This document shows, piece by piece, positions 26,111-39,964 of a stretch of DNA of 64,000 bases. The stretch comes from Lama guanicoe (lineage: Eukaryota). The translations under genes and the position numbers were made by a program. How positions within the stretch are numbered: position 1 is the first letter of the stretch; every line of letters begins with the position of its first letter. The notes under the pieces are model-generated. The model made no database searches. It was not told the origin of the DNA and was given only the letters and a program-made list of their open reading frames with translations. The DNA lies in the NCBI GenBank assembly GCA_013239625.1, contig MU053504.1:1118001-1182000 (forward strand), in the 5' to 3' direction.

Positions 26111-27954
26111 AAATTTCAGAACTGAAGCTGGCCTCCAGGGATGGTCTGAACGGCGGAGGGCACTTCCTCTAGGATGGTTGCTTGACACTGACCTCTGACC
26201 TCAGCAAATGCCCACTAAAGAGGGGAAGACGGCAGAATGGAAAGATGGTTGGGAGCTTTAGAACTGCTAGGGTCCACAGCCTGGGACTGTTCTGCGTTGT
26301 CAAGGCAACAGGCAGCACCGTGTCAACACCTCAGCACTGGAGCGATCAGGGCCTGGCCCGTGCCTGTGGCTGTGAGCCCAGTGGAGGGCGCGGGACCACA
26401 TTCTCTGGAGGGTCCCTCAGGGCAGCTGGCTCTCCTTCCTGCAGCTTAGACAGCAGCCCCGTCAGGCCCAATCTTGCCCCGGCAAGTTAGTTGTAATTTA
26501 ATTTACATTTTGCTAGCAGCACGGCCTGCCCTTCCTGGGCCTTGAGTCTCTCAAACACGGGTTCTACAACCTCAAGAGAGAAAATGCGCCCCGTTAATGG
26601 CCAGGGGTAAGAGGCAGTGGGGCGTCAGCCGTGCTTTCACCCTTGACATGAAGCGCTCTTCCACGGAGTGTTCACAGAACTTTAGAGCTAAAATCAACAT
26701 CACAAACCCAACTTCTTCCTTCTTGTGATGAGGAAACAGGCCCAGAGAGGGGACGTACCCACCCCCTTTCCTAGTTCACGCAATGCCATAAAGGCAGAGT
26801 CCAGGGCAGCCGGTTTTGCTTTTTTCTCAAATCTACCGCGAAGCCTCCATCGCGGCAGGCACTGGGCGTGGGCGCTCCACTTCCTTCACCTGACCCCCCA
26901 CACGTGGGATGCAGGCTCTCAAACACTGCATTTTGATTTCCCACCTCAAGCAGTGTAAGTATCACACCGCACGTGAGCCATGGGCTGACACACTGCTGGG
27001 TCTCAGTGACAGCAGCCCTCAGCCTCCAGAATTCACCCTCCCCTGGCAAAGTGTGGTTGGGATGAGTTAGTCACCACGCTCTTCTTTCCAGCTCTGACTT
27101 TCCATGACTGTTTCATGCTCAGGCCAGAAATGTTCAGCTTACATTGCAGAAGGATTTCAACCACTGTTAGCAGAATTCATAAGGAATCTGTATCTCTGCC
27201 AACTGCATCTTTTAATGTCACAAGAGGAGGAAGGGTTTTGAGGATGCGACTGGAAAGCCGGAGGCAGCCTTGCTGGTCATGGTGGATGAAGGCCGGGGGC
27301 AGAGGCTCCAGGTTGTCGTGGGCTCACAGAAGCCGAGTCCTTGAAGCTGTTCAGTCTCCAAGCAAGTCTTCCCAGCACCCTGAGCCCGGTGCCAGGGCAG
27401 TCCTGTGTACTGCCACCGTGTCACCAATGCTATCACCGCACTGCCGGTGGCTCCCTCTCCACTGTGTCATGCTTATCCCGTGGTGAGCCTTTACCTCATT
27501 CCCAGTGACCGATGATGTGGCAGAGCCTCTGCACGGAGACAGGACGGCAGGGCAGGAGTGAGGCTGCGGGGCTGCGAATGACCCTGCTTGTCGCATTACT
27601 TGCAAAGATCTCCTGCTTCCCTTTTTATACTTAAAATACAGGAGTCTGATTAGATGACTATTTTCCAAAATGTTCTGAAAACACTAGCTTCTTGGGTATT
27701 TTGAAGGAAAATAAACAGTCATTTGGATGATGTGGCACAGGACAGCTTCCCTTTGGAGACTCAGGGACACGTTCGAATATGAAAGAAGCCCCAGCATAAA
27801 GATATCCATTTAATTTATTTTAAACCAACTTTCTCCAAAATCTTCTGGCTTTGTGCTCCTCCCTGAGGCACTGGTGTTGTGAAACATGCTGCCTGAGAGA
27901 TCCTGAATCTGATGCTTTCCAAGCCCCTTTGTCATACATCTCATCCAGGGATGA

Positions 27955-28210
27955 GGGAGCCTGATGTAGTGAAAAGACCATGGGCTTTAGAGTCAGACAA
28001 ACTCGGGTTTGAATCGTGGCCCTGCCTTTTAGTAGCTGTGTGTCTTTCATCAAGTTCCTTAACTTTCCAGACTTGGATTCCCTCACCTGCATGAGGAACA
28101 TGATTACACCTACTTGTTAAGGTCACAGGCTGCTGAGAGTATGAAATGAGACAACAGATGTCCAATGTTTCACACAGTGTTTGACACACTGCAGACCCAT
28201 AATAAATATT
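27955..28210 (+). mobile_element. MIR SINE
   Basis: GGGCTTTAGAGTCAGACAAACTCGGGTTTGAATC...TAGCTGTGTGTC...CAAGTTCCTTAAC...AATAAATATTGGTT. Confidence 0.8.
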
Positions 28211-29814
28211 GGTTCCTTTATCCCATTACTCCTGACACTCTTCTTCCGCCTGTCACCCCCCACGTCCCCCAAACCCAGAGCCAACCACTGGCGGGGCAGA
28301 GCACGGAGCAGAAGGGCCACTGAGTCTAAGAAGTCTGCACGTGACCCTGACGGTGCTCTCTGTGTTTCAGGGAAGGGCTGCACCCCAGCAGCATAAGGCC
28401 AAGGGGCCGAGGTGGTACATGGCAGAGAACCCCATCCTTCTCTGCCAAGCACGTGAGTCCTCTCTGTGTTAGGCAATCAGATGCTGTTGGAGAAAAGAGA
28501 AGATGAAAGAAGGCTTTCAGACAGTTCCCAGATGAATACCCACTGTCATAATTCAACCACTGAAAGAGCAAACCCTTCCCAAGTCCCACCTTACGGGCGA
28601 AGTCTTGGCCTGTTTGCTGGGCAAGAAGCCGGAACAAAAGTGGTGATCTGAGTGATGGCAGCACCAAGGGCAGCGTACAGGGTGGCTTCGAGGAGCCTTA
28701 GCACCAGGACAGGTGTGGCGGGATCTGCCCTTGGAGCAGAGCCATCCCTTGACAAACACAAATCAAGCACCAGGCTTGTGCCAGACACAGGGCTAGATGG
28801 TGGCGGAGGAAACTGGGCGTCCGCCTGGGAGGCAGGAACGGGCGATGGGGCGTGACTCTTCATAGGGGCTGAACGAGCTGGTTGGGCCACACACATGGGA
28901 CTCTTGGTGGACATTTTCATACAGCTCTTTTCTTCTTCCCTTCCCCTTGTAGGGCAGTATCAGGAGAAAGACATGGGCCTTAGAGACATGTGGCTCCAGG
29001 GCTTCCTCCCTCTTTGCTAGTCTCATGACCTTGAGTAAGTTACTGACCCCTCTACCCCTCTGAGCCTTAGCTTCCTCATGGGTAGGAGAGAGAGCCTCGT
29101 CCCTACCTCCTAGAGACATTGCAGAGACACAATGAGCTAATCTAGATGGATCCGGAAGTGTGGCCATGTAACTACGACATGGGGACAAGTATATTTAAAC
29201 TCTAATAGTTAAAGGCTTATTTAAATATGCATTAGAAAAATAATTAACATACCAAACCCTTTTATAGTTGATAATGACGGGTAGAAGGCTAAAGTAGGTA
29301 CCTAAGTTAAAGAAAAAAAGAAAAGGGAGTTGATTTAAAGAAAAATACTAAGTACATAATGATCCAGCTGGTGTGTAGACATGGCGAGCCCCGCTATGGG
29401 AGTGACTGAGGTGTGGTAAGTTGTGCAGAACCAAATACGGTGGCCGTCGCATCACAGGCACTGGAGGGCATTTCTCCTTCCTTCCTGTCCTTTCCCAAGA
29501 AAGGAAAGAGAGTAGAAAAGGAGGGAGTCATGAGGGAGGAGGCAAACCTCCCTAAATATGTGTCTGCTTAACCTGCAAGCCTGCTCCTGCCCCACCCTGC
29601 TTGTCCCGAATTTCCTTGTATGCGTGAATTGCCTCCTTGCAGCTGTTTCCTCCCAGAGGCAGCTCTTAGCTCTCCCCTCAGAACATTATTTTTGTCTGAA
29701 GTCTTCTGATATAACCAGATATCAGAAGCTCTAACCACCTATACCAAATCCTCATCGCCAACACATTTCAGTACGTCCTCCAGAGCTTTCCAGGGGGTAA
29801 ACATTACAATGGAC

Positions 29815-29890
29815 ATGAGAGAGAAAGAGACAGAGACAGGGATACATGGAAAGATAGAGAAAGAGAGACAGAGACAGAGGGAGAATGAGA
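29815..29890. repeat. GA-rich low-complexity repeat
   Basis: GAGAGAGAAAGAGACAGAGAC... purine tract. Confidence 0.7.
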
Positions 29891-30684
29891 GTTACTTTTA
29901 TGGGAGGAGAGGGAGCAGAATTCAAGAGGGGAAGGTTGTGAGGACTGTAGACTCAGATCATGGCTCTTGAGCCTTTGGGACAGTCCTGAGTTGATATCCT
30001 GTTTCCTACATGGATTTTTTTTTCTCTTGAGGAAGTGGAAATTCAGAGAGGGGAAGTGACTTGCTCAAGAAAACAGTGAGCACTTAAACCTGGATATCTC
30101 AATGCTTGGTCCCATTTCTTGCTTTCCGTCATGATGGGGAACCTCGGCTTCACAGTCCTACAAGAACCAAAGCCGTTCTCCTCAAAAACAGGTGCTGCTG
30201 TTAAAAGCAAAACCAAAACAAAAACCAGGGGACTAAATAGCTCTGAAATCCAGCCTGCCTCAGCTCCGGGCCCAGCCCTTACACAATGCAGACAAGTGAA
30301 CACTGGAGGAAAGACTCACCTGCTCGGATAATGCTTTTGTCACTCGGAGCTGGGTACGACAGGAGGGGCACATGACTCAAATGTCACAGGCTCTCGCTGT
30401 TCCTACTGAGAGGTAGTAGATTTTTCTTAAATAAATGCGTTTGCTGTATGGCTTTAGAACAACTTCCAGAGACGTTAAATGATTTTTTTAATAATTTTCA
30501 CCAGTTAAATGGTTGTTTTGCTTTAGGGGAGCCCACGAAGTTTCTCGTTCCATCACTCGCCATCACTCCTCACATTGGGACTGTTTCTCCCCCTATTTCA
30601 AGGTTTTTTGTTGTGTGTGACCACATATTCTATTTTCTTTCTTTTTTTTTTTTTTTTTAAGGCAGTTTATGACCACTTCACAAC

Positions 30685-31520
30685 TATGAGAACAACTCAA
30701 ATCCAGAACACCAACAACACCAGATGCCGGTGAGGAGCAACAGGAACTCTCATTCGTTGCTGATGGGAATGCAAAATGTCACAGCAACTTTGAAAGACAG
30801 TTTTGCCATTTCTTACAAAGCTAACCCTCCTGTTACCATAAGGAACTGAAACTTAGGTCTACACAAAAAAACTGCACACTGATGTTTAGAGCAGCTTTCT
30901 TCAAATTGCATCTTGGAAGCAACCAAGAAGTCATTCAGCGGGTGAATGGATAAATAAACTATGGTACACTAAGAAAATGGGATATTATTCAGCACTATAA
31001 AGAAATGAGCCAGTAAGTCTTGAAAAGACATGGAGGGGCTTTAAATGCATATTGCTAATCTAATCTAATCACTAATGCAACCTGGAAAGGCAACACTGTA
31101 TGATTCCAACTATATGACATTCTGGAAATGACAAAACTGTGGAGATAATCAAACAGATCAGTGGTTTCCAGGGACTGGGGAGGGGAGGGATGAATAGGCA
31201 GAGCACAGAGGATTTTGAGGGCAGGGAAGCTCTTCTGTATGATACTGTAATGATGGGTACATGTCATTATACATTTTTCCAAACCCACAGAGTATATAAC
31301 ACAAAGAGTGAACCCTCATGTAAAACATGGACTTTAAGTAATTGTGATGTATCAACGGAGGTTCATCAATTGTAGCAAAAGTACCCTCTGGGGAGGGATG
31401 TTAATAGTGGGGGAGGCTATATGTGTGTGAGGGGCAGAGACTAGAAATCTCTGTACCTTTCCCTTAATTTTGCTGTGAACCCAAAACTGCTCTAAAAAGA
31501 TAAAGTCTTAATTTTAAAAA
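30685..31520 (+). mobile_element. Old L1 (L1M) 3' fragment
   Basis: GGAACTCTCATTCGTTGCTGATGGGAATGCAAAATG, GGAAGCAACCAAG, GAATGGATAAATAAACT and TGATTCCAACTATATGACATTCTGGAAA, with an A-rich end. Confidence 0.88.
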
Positions 31521-31559
31521 GCCAATACGTATACGGCAGACACTACTAATTACAAAGCC

Positions 31560-32010
31560 CATATCCAGTCTCTCCATTTTTTCCCTAACATTCTAACAGA
31601 ACCCCAATTTGACATGGGATGGCAATATGTCCAGTAAGAGAACTCCACTTCCCAGCCTCCCTTGCGGCAGGAGTACAGAGCCACACCAGTTGTGAGCAGT
31701 GAGATGTACACAGGGGTGAGCTGGGGAGGACTTCCGAAAAGCTCTTTTAAGGGGTCCTAATCAGCAAGCAATGCTCTTGGCCCTTTCGCCTGCTGGCCTG
31801 AAACAAGGGGTCATGCTGTTTGAGCTCATGGCCTGACACAGGCCACAGTGTCAGGAAGGGGCGTGGAGAGCTGGAAGGAGCTTGGGTCCCTCTGCACAGC
31901 CACCCCACCCTAGACTTCTCATGTCGTAAGAAAAAGAAAACCCCTTGTTTGTGTAAGTTACCATTTCTCAGGTCTCTGTTAGCTGCCATTCATTGAAATT
32001 CCTAACTTAA
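31560..32010. mobile_element. MaLR (MLT1-type) LTR remnant
   Basis: ACTTCCCAGCCTCCCTTGC, GCAGTGAGATGTA and GTAAGTTACCATTTCTCAGGTCTCTGTTAGCTGC. Confidence 0.65.
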
Positions 32011-32364
32011 CACGCAGTCAGTGAACAAATTCAGTGGGTATCCAGTGAAAGTCAGTCTCTTTGTTTCCTTAACTACCAGACTCCTGGGTCTCTTCCTCAG
32101 AGAAAAACCACTGTTAGCGTCTTCTTTTAAACCTATTTTGGGTATTATCTAAGCACATACAAGTATATGCAAGCAAAATTGGGTTTTTGTCTATTTTTTC
32201 AAGGCTCTTTTGATGAAAACTTAAATCTAGAACTCTAAACTTTGAGCATTGGGGGACATGAAACAGATGAAGGTCATTTTGTTCAGAGATTTTCAGGGAA
32301 GATCAGAGAGTGGGTGGAGGTGGCCATCCTAGCTGACAATCACTGTGCCCAGTGAGGTGTTTTG

Positions 32365-32845
32365 TTTTGGCTTGTTTGTTTGGTTTTTGTTTTTGACCAT
32401 GAGTAGATAGTTTTCTTTTTTATTTATTTTTTTAATTGAAGTATAGTCAGTTTACAATATTGTGTCAATTTCTGGTGCACAACATACTGTTTCAGTCCTA
32501 CACATACGTGCATATATTCGTTTTCATATTCTTTCTCATTATAGGTTACTACAAGATAGTGAATATAGTTCCCTGTGCCATACATAGAAACTTATCTGTT
32601 TTGTAAATAAGTTCATTTGAATTTTTTTTTTTAGATTCTACATATAAGTAATATCATATGGCATTTTTCTTTCTCTTTCTGGCTTACTTCACTTAGCATT
32701 CTAATCTCCAGGTCCATCCATGTTGCTGCAGATGGCATTATTTTATTCTTTTTATGGCTGAGTAGTATTCCATTGTGTGTGTGTGTATATATATATATAC
32801 ACCACAACTTCTTTATCCAGTCATCTGTTGATGGACATTTAGGTT
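32365..32845 (-). mobile_element. Young L1 3' fragment with bipartite tail and internal deletion
   Basis: L1 body from ~32435. TSD CAGTGAGGTGTTTTG (32350-32364) / CAGTGAGATATTTTG (32846-32860). Confidence 0.88.
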
Positions 32846-34534
32846 CAGTGAGATATTTTGGATGAGAATATAGAACATGTAATGGTATGGGAGCGGAAGA
32901 GAAGGTCTGACCTACTGACTGACACCAAGGTCGCCAAGTGAGTTAGTGACAGAGGCAAGACTAGCACCTACATCTCCAGGTATTCAATTTAGAGCTCAAA
33001 TTTCACCCAAGTGTAATCATTATAGGCAGGGACCCTGAGCCAGACAATGTTCTCCTGGCTGCTTTGCTGTGGGACAACAGTTGAGGAGAGGCCAAGTGTT
33101 TGGGGCCTGTTGGAAGCATACAGTAGCTAGGAAATGCTTTAGTTGGTCCTGTGTCATAATTGATGTGAAATTCCATTTTTTCTCATGTTCCCTGCACACA
33201 AGTCCTGTGAATATTGCCACATCTCTGAAATCAAGCTTTATTTAGATTTTCCAGAACTTTATGTTCCAGAGCAGTGAACAAAGCCATGCCCAGAACTTCC
33301 TATTATCTTCTCTTCCAGGAAAGAGGGTTCTATTTGCAAATCACTCTTCCAGGTTGAAGTCATTAACCTCCTCACTCTGAAGAGCCATGTTATGCCAGGA
33401 CAAGCCTTAGCCCGCTGAAATGTATAGCTTTTTTTTTTTTATAGATGCATGAAACTAAGATCTAAATCTGATATATGGGAAATTCCCACTTGTCCCTGAG
33501 AATTTAAAAAGCTTTAATATCAGATAAATTTAGTAAAGACTGAAATTGCCAATCAAATCCAGCCAAGAACCCATAACTCAAACTGCAAAATAATTCAGTT
33601 GTGAGTCATCTAGTCTTGAATCCATTTTTGTTTCCCTCACTCAATATGTAACAAGCTTCAACCAGGATGGATCTTGCACTCATTCACCACTGCCTTGTTT
33701 GAAATGACATGGACTAGCTGGACGACTGAGCGTGCTGGTTGGTGGGAATGGCGGGCAGCTCATTGGGAAGAGCTGATCACGTGTAATCAAGTCTCTTCAA
33801 CGTGCTGTCCCCTGCCTTCTCTCTGCTGAGAATCCCTTTCCTCTAGTTTTTGTCTGTCCATATCTACTTTGGAGGCATGCTTAAATGATCTCTCTTCCAT
33901 GGACCTTTCCTTGAGCCCTTTCCCATTTTGATTGGGCCCCCCTTACGGAAGGTGAGCCTGGGGAGCCCCTGTTGTGTATTTTAGTCCCCTGCTCTGCTCC
34001 TGTCTCCTCTGTTAGACTGTCAGCTCTTCAGAGGCAGGGATGCTATTTTATTCATACTTTTTTTAGAAAAATTAAAACTTTCTTGTTACATAATTTGACT
34101 TTCTTTGTTACATAACTTATGCATATTCATTATAGACAGCAGAAAACACAGCAAAACAAAATCGGGGAATACAGATCATTTGCATTTTGTTATATGACAT
34201 TCGGCTTTTAAAACTCCTACAGTTGTTATAAAGGCTTATCAAAATTGGATCATCTTCTACATAAAGTTTTTAAATCCACTTTTACATTACTGCATATCAT
34301 TAACATTAGTGATAATATGGTCATTTAAAAAAATGGAAATATGTTGTTTTTCTGATTATACACATATGTGATATGATTTACAATAGGATTTATGAAAATT
34401 GAGAAAACACAGAATTGCATAAAGTATCAAGATTATCTTTTAATCACACCACATAGACCACTGTTTACATCCTAGTGTGTAGTCTCCTGTATCCTACACG
34501 TACTCATTTTCCTGTAAGACCTAGTGAGACCTAG

Positions 34535-34557
34535 TGTGTGTGTGTGTGTGTGTGTGT
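34535..34557. repeat. (TG)n microsatellite
   Basis: gtgtgtgtgtgtgtgtgtgtgt. Confidence 0.9.
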
Positions 34558-34737
34558 ATCACATTCGTATATTTCTATTTAAATATCTTCATTCATACAT
34601 ACTTTTTTTTTACCTAATGTATCATAAACATCTTTCAGTGTCAAATACTTACATATCTACATTGTCTTTTTTAATAGCTACCTGTATGAACCTGCCACAA
34701 TTTAATAAATTTCCACTATATATAAAAATAGATTTTA

Positions 34738-36857
34738 GATGCCCACTATCACCACTCCTATTCAACACAGTCTTGGAAGTCCTAGCCACAGCCACCAGGC
34801 AAGAGAGGGAAATAAAAGGGATCCAAATTGGAAAAGAAGAGGTAAAAGTGTCACTATATGCTGACAACATTTTACTATATATAGAAAACCCTAAAAGGTC
34901 CAAAACTACTAGAGCTGATTGAAGAATTCAGCAAGGTAGCAGGTTACAAGACTAACGTTCAAAAATCAGTTGCATTTCTTTACACTAACAATGAATCAAC
35001 AGAAAAAGAAAATAAAGAAACAATCCCCTTCAAAATATCACCCAAAGTAATAAAATACCTAGGAATAAATCTAACCAAGGTGGTGAAAGAATTATACACA
35101 GAAAATTATAAACCACTGATGAAGGAAATTAAAGAAGACTTTAAAAAATGGAAAGATATCCCATGCTCTTGGATTGGAAGAATCAATATTGTTAAAATGG
35201 TCACACTGCCCAAGGCAATCTACAGATTTAATGCAATCCCTATCAAATTACCCAGGACATATTTCACAGAACTAGAACAAATCATAATAAAATTTATATG
35301 GAACCACAACCTAGAATTGCCAAAGCATTACTGAAGAAAAAGAAAGAGGCTGGAGGACTAACTCTCCCAGACTTCAGACAATACTATAGAGCTACAGTCA
35401 TCAAGACAGCATGGTATTGATACAAAAACAGACGTATAGACCAATGGAACAGAATACAGAACCCAGAAATGAACCCACAAACTTTTGGTCAACTCATTTT
35501 CGACAAAGGAGGCAAGAATATACAATGGAATAAAGACAGTCTCTTCAGCAAACGGTGTTGGGAAAACTGGACAGCAGCATGTAAAATAATGAAGCTAGAA
35601 CACTCCCTTACACCATACACAAAAATCAACTCAAAATGGATCAAAGACTTAAACATAAGACAAGATACGATAAACCTCCTAGAAGAAAATATAGGCAAAA
35701 CATTATCTGACATACATCTCAAAAATGTTCTCTTAGAACAGTCTACTCAAGCAATAGAAATAAAAGCAAGAATAAACAAATTGGACCTATTGAAACTTAC
35801 AAGTTTCTGCACAGCAAAGGAAACCATAAGTAAAACAAAAAGACAACCTATGGAATGGGAGAAAATTTTTGCAAATAAAACTGACAAAGGCTTGATCTCC
35901 ACAATATATAAGCAACTCATACAACTTAATAAGAAAAAAACAAACAACCCAATCCAAAAATGGGCAGAAGACCTAAACAAGCAATTCTCCAAGGAAAACA
36001 TACAAATGATCAATAGGCATATGAAAAAATGCTCAGTATCACTAATTATCAGAGGAATGCAAATCAAAACTACAATGAGGTATCACCTCACACCAGTCAG
36101 AATGGCCATCATTCAAAAGTCCACAAATGACAAATGCTGGAGAGGCTGTGGAGAAAAGGGAACCCTCCCACACTGCTGGTGGGAATGCAGTTTGGTGCAG
36201 CCACTGTGGAAAACAGTACGGAGGTTCCTCAAAAGACTATGAATAGACTTACCATATGACCTAGGAATCCCACTCCTGGGCGTATATCCAGAAGGAACCC
36301 TACTCCAAAATGACATCTGCACCCCAATGTTTATAGCAGCACTATTTACAATAGCCAAGACATGGAAGCAGCCTAAATGTCCATCAACAGATGACTGGAT
36401 AAAGAAGAAGTGGTATATTTATACAATGGAATACTATTCAGCCATAAAAACTGACAGTGCCATTTGCAGCAACATGGATGCTCCTGGAGAATGTCATTCT
36501 AAGTGAAGTAAGCCAGAAAGAGAAAGAAAAATACCATATGAGATCGCTCATATGAGGAATCTAAAAACAAAACATAACATAAATACAAAACAGAAACAGA
36601 CTCATAGACATAGAATACAAACTTGTGGTGCCAAGGGAGCAGGGGTGGGAAGGGACAGATTGGGATTTTAAAATGCAGAATAGATAAACATGATTATACT
36701 GTATAGCACAGGGAAATATGTTCAATATCTTGTAATAACCTTTAATGAAAAAAAAGAAAACAAATATATGTATGTATATGCATGACTGGGACATTGTGCT
36801 GTACACCAGAAACTGACACATTGCAATTGACTGTACTTCAAAAAAATACAAAAAAAA
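34738..36857 (+). mobile_element. 5'-truncated L1 (ORF2 RT C-terminal half, Cys-rich domain, 3'UTR, A tail); inactive
   Basis: Peptides [56 protein letters not shown] and [18 protein letters not shown]. It has frameshifts, a TGA at 35418-35420, and the RT motif reads YADN (34857-34868). Confidence 0.97.
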
Positions 36858-39109
36858 TTTCCTATTATTCAACATTTACATTTTTTCCAAAATATCTCCT
36901 TTTATTGACATCTTATGGGTCATTGCGTTACATACAATTGTATATGTATACTTTTACAGATTTTGGTACAAATTGTCCTCCATAAAATGTGTTCATTTTT
37001 GAATTTCCCAAAATGCCTAAAGAGAGCCTTGCACATGGTGGACATAATCCATGTGGGATGAATGAATGAAGAGAATCCAGAAAAATCTTTTCCCCTCCCT
37101 CTAGTCTTTCTTCTTTTCTTTTGAGCCCTCAGTGGAAGACCTGCTGATTCTTCAGTCCCCAAGGGAAGGGCCTGTGCAAACTAACCACCTCGAATCTCTC
37201 ACCACTTTGGAGGCTGGGGAAACAGGTCCTGAGAGGGAGCATCTGGTTCTGAACCTGCCTGTGGGTGATGGTAAGGCTGGGGCCAGAGGGGCCTCCCTGA
37301 GGCTTCGACTCCCCTCCCAGCCCAAGCCTCCCCCACGTCACACCCACAGGACAGCCCTTCCTCACCTCTTTCCAAACCTTCACGTTCTTCATAAATCACA
37401 TTGATATTCAAGTGGCTTGTGCTACATCAGATGGAAAAAATAAAGAGAAACCCTGTACATACAAGTTCCTAAAATGCATCCAGCATGGAGGAGATCTTGA
37501 ACATTTTTTTCTCTGAAACCCATTTGGGTAATTTTGTTTGTTTTTCAGTTGCATTTCTTAATTTTTTATTAATACCTGACATGAAGTGGAGAAGAAGGAG
37601 GATGAAATTCGGAATCCAAAGGTTTAGATTTGAGTCTGGCATTGACTCAGACACACAATCTCTCTGGGCCTCCATTCTCTCCCCTCTAACGTGGCAGTTG
37701 TCCTAAAATCTGCTTCCTGGGAGCCAGGTAAGGATCAGGGGAGACGGTGGCTATAAAAGCGAGCCCTGTGATAATTGTATAACTGTTTAACTACGTTGAT
37801 AATATTTGCTGCTGTTGATAAGACTGAAAAACATTTCCCTAACCTGGCATGCCCGGCCCCTGAGGCCTTTCGAAGATGGGTTTCTCAATGGGGAGAAAAG
37901 AAGAAACTAAACCGTCAGGGCGGAAAGAGCATGTGTGGAGGGCAGGGAAGCCTGCGGTCCAGTTCCAGGTGCTTGGGGCCTCGGTGCCCTCATCGGCAGA
38001 AGGAAGAAGTTGGACAACTGACCCTTCCGCTCTCTTCTGGCTCTGAGACCAGGGCACTTACTCAGTGACCCGGAGGAAATCATTTCTCCGAAGGCCTTAG
38101 TTCTCCCATCTGGAAAAGGAAGGGATTGGGCTGGATGACCTCCCTGGTCCATTTACGTTCTGAGAATTTGCACAACCCCCGGTACCCAACCACTTCTGTT
38201 CTCCAAGGCGGCCTTGGTGCCGGGGCTCTTGTGCAAACCGCAAGCCTTCCGGGCCGTGGCCTCAAAGCCCACAGGTAGTGGGCTGTGGTTTCCTCTCTCC
38301 TGGGCTTGGTTTTCCGGTCGCATGCTCACAGGTGGCTGAGTGACAACTTGGTGGCGTGAACCAACCTTCCATCCGCAGGCCATCACACGTGCTGAGCGGG
38401 CTGCCCGCAGATGTCCCTTCCTCCCACATCCTCCTTCTGTTTCAGGGTGGAACCGGCCTCTCCAGCCCTCCCCACTCCCCATCCCCGACCCCAGCCTGGC
38501 ACTGTGTGCTCCCCATAAACTCATTTGCAGTCTCCTCCTGGGACGGGGCTGCCTGCTCTCTGCGCATCTTCTTCCTGCCGGCTCTGCCTCCAAGTGATCT
38601 TTTCCCTCCTCCTTAGTAACTCACTCTTCCTTACCTCCATAATCGGTGTCCACCACTCCTTCCACACCTCTTTTTTGGCTCTTAGCACTTTCTGTCTTTT
38701 AAGAAAATTTCAAGTTGCTCCCTGTCTTCTGGGGGCTGGGTGTCTCTAGTCCTGACCGCCCACCTCCCACAGGCACTCCATGAAATGAGCGCTGTTGGGT
38801 GTTGTAAGGGACTTTTACACGTCTACTCTTTCTTCAAGGTTTTGCTTGATTGAGTGGTTTGGGTGAGAGTGGAAAATTTGGGCATAGACACAGTCAAGTG
38901 AAGGCTTTGTTATTAGTCCCAGGGGGTCCTGTCTTCCTGTTCAGCCCTGAGTTTAATAACACCATCACCACCAGTATCATTAACAACAGTCCCCTGAATG
39001 AACGACCCAGAGAGGCCCAGGTGTCACTGAGCTGGAGGACCTGTCAGCAACAGGGCGGCATAGACAGGTCTCCACTGTCCGCCGGACCCGTGTTCAGAGC
39101 CTGCTTCAC

Positions 39110-39290
39110 TCCTTGTTAGCTGTACCCTTGCCAAGTACTTAGCTTCTCTATTTCTTATTTAGACAATGGAATTCTGGTTTCTTATTTAGACAATGGAATC
39201 GTAATACCTCCCTCATAGGGTTGTCGTGAAGCTTAAAAACCAACTGATGTGGAATTCTTAGCATGGAGCCTGGTGTTGGGAAATAGTGGC
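39110..39290 (+). mobile_element. MIR SINE with internal tandem duplication
   Basis: GTAATACCTCCCTCATAGGGTTGTCGTGAAG core. TTTCTTATTTAGACAATGGAAT occurs at 39151-39172 and 39178-39199. Confidence 0.75.
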
Positions 39291-39964
39291 CAAGCATGCA
39301 GACTCACACACTCCCCTCCTGAAGTCACTAACAGATTGAGACTGTGTATTGTTAGATGCCAGATGAGTGACCCACGGCAGGTTCCAGAGGCTCAGACAAA
39401 GGGAGGCAGTGCCCTGTGTCATTTACAAAGGGCTTTTATGGACGTCACCGCACGATTCCTCAGCGTGCTCAGGAGGGTGAGCCGTGCTGGTATCATCATA
39501 TCCAGTTTTCAGAGGAGAAACTTTAGGCTCAGAGGGGTGATGTGATTTGCCCAAGGTCCACCTGATTATAGAAATATGTGCTTATGGTAAGTTAGAATAT
39601 GTGTCTGACACCTAAACCTAGGTTTGCTTGTTTCACCCCAAACTCTCTTTCCTCAACACACTGGCATGATCAGGAGGAGGGGAGATACTTTCTTGGGGTC
39701 TTGGTACAGAAGGAATACGGAAGGTGTTCCAGGCAGGGGCATTTTATAAACAGGTCTAGAGGCAGGGACAAGTATGTTGGGGTCCAGGAAAAATGACTAT
39801 GTATGTTTTGCCAAAGAGGAGAGTTCATGTAAAAGCAGTAGGGAAAAACAAAATTAAGTTGAACATACACTGGAGGGCCTTGAACGTCAGACTAAGGAAC
39901 TTGAGCTGTGGTAGGCCATGGGGAGTCACTGAAGGTTTCAGAGGAGGGGAGTAACATGATCTCA

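Noticed and set aside
26100..28920. GC-richer region with many overlapping short ORFs as an additional gene or TGM paralog remnant
   Set aside because: There are no recognisable domains or transglutaminase motifs and no consistent exon chain. The ORF density is explained by GC content.
29703..29728. Perfect 10-bp hairpin CTTCTGATAT-N6-ATATCAGAAG
   Set aside because: About one such stem is expected by chance in 64 kb, and it is too short for a pre-miRNA.
35469..36242. Longest ORF in the window (257 aa) as a gene or active retroelement
   Set aside because: It is a piece of L1 ORF2 in a 5'-truncated copy with frameshifts, a stop codon and a YADN RT motif.
39151..39199. 22-bp direct repeat as a TSD or regulatory element
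   Set aside because: It is a simple local duplication inside a MIR with only 5 bp between the copies.
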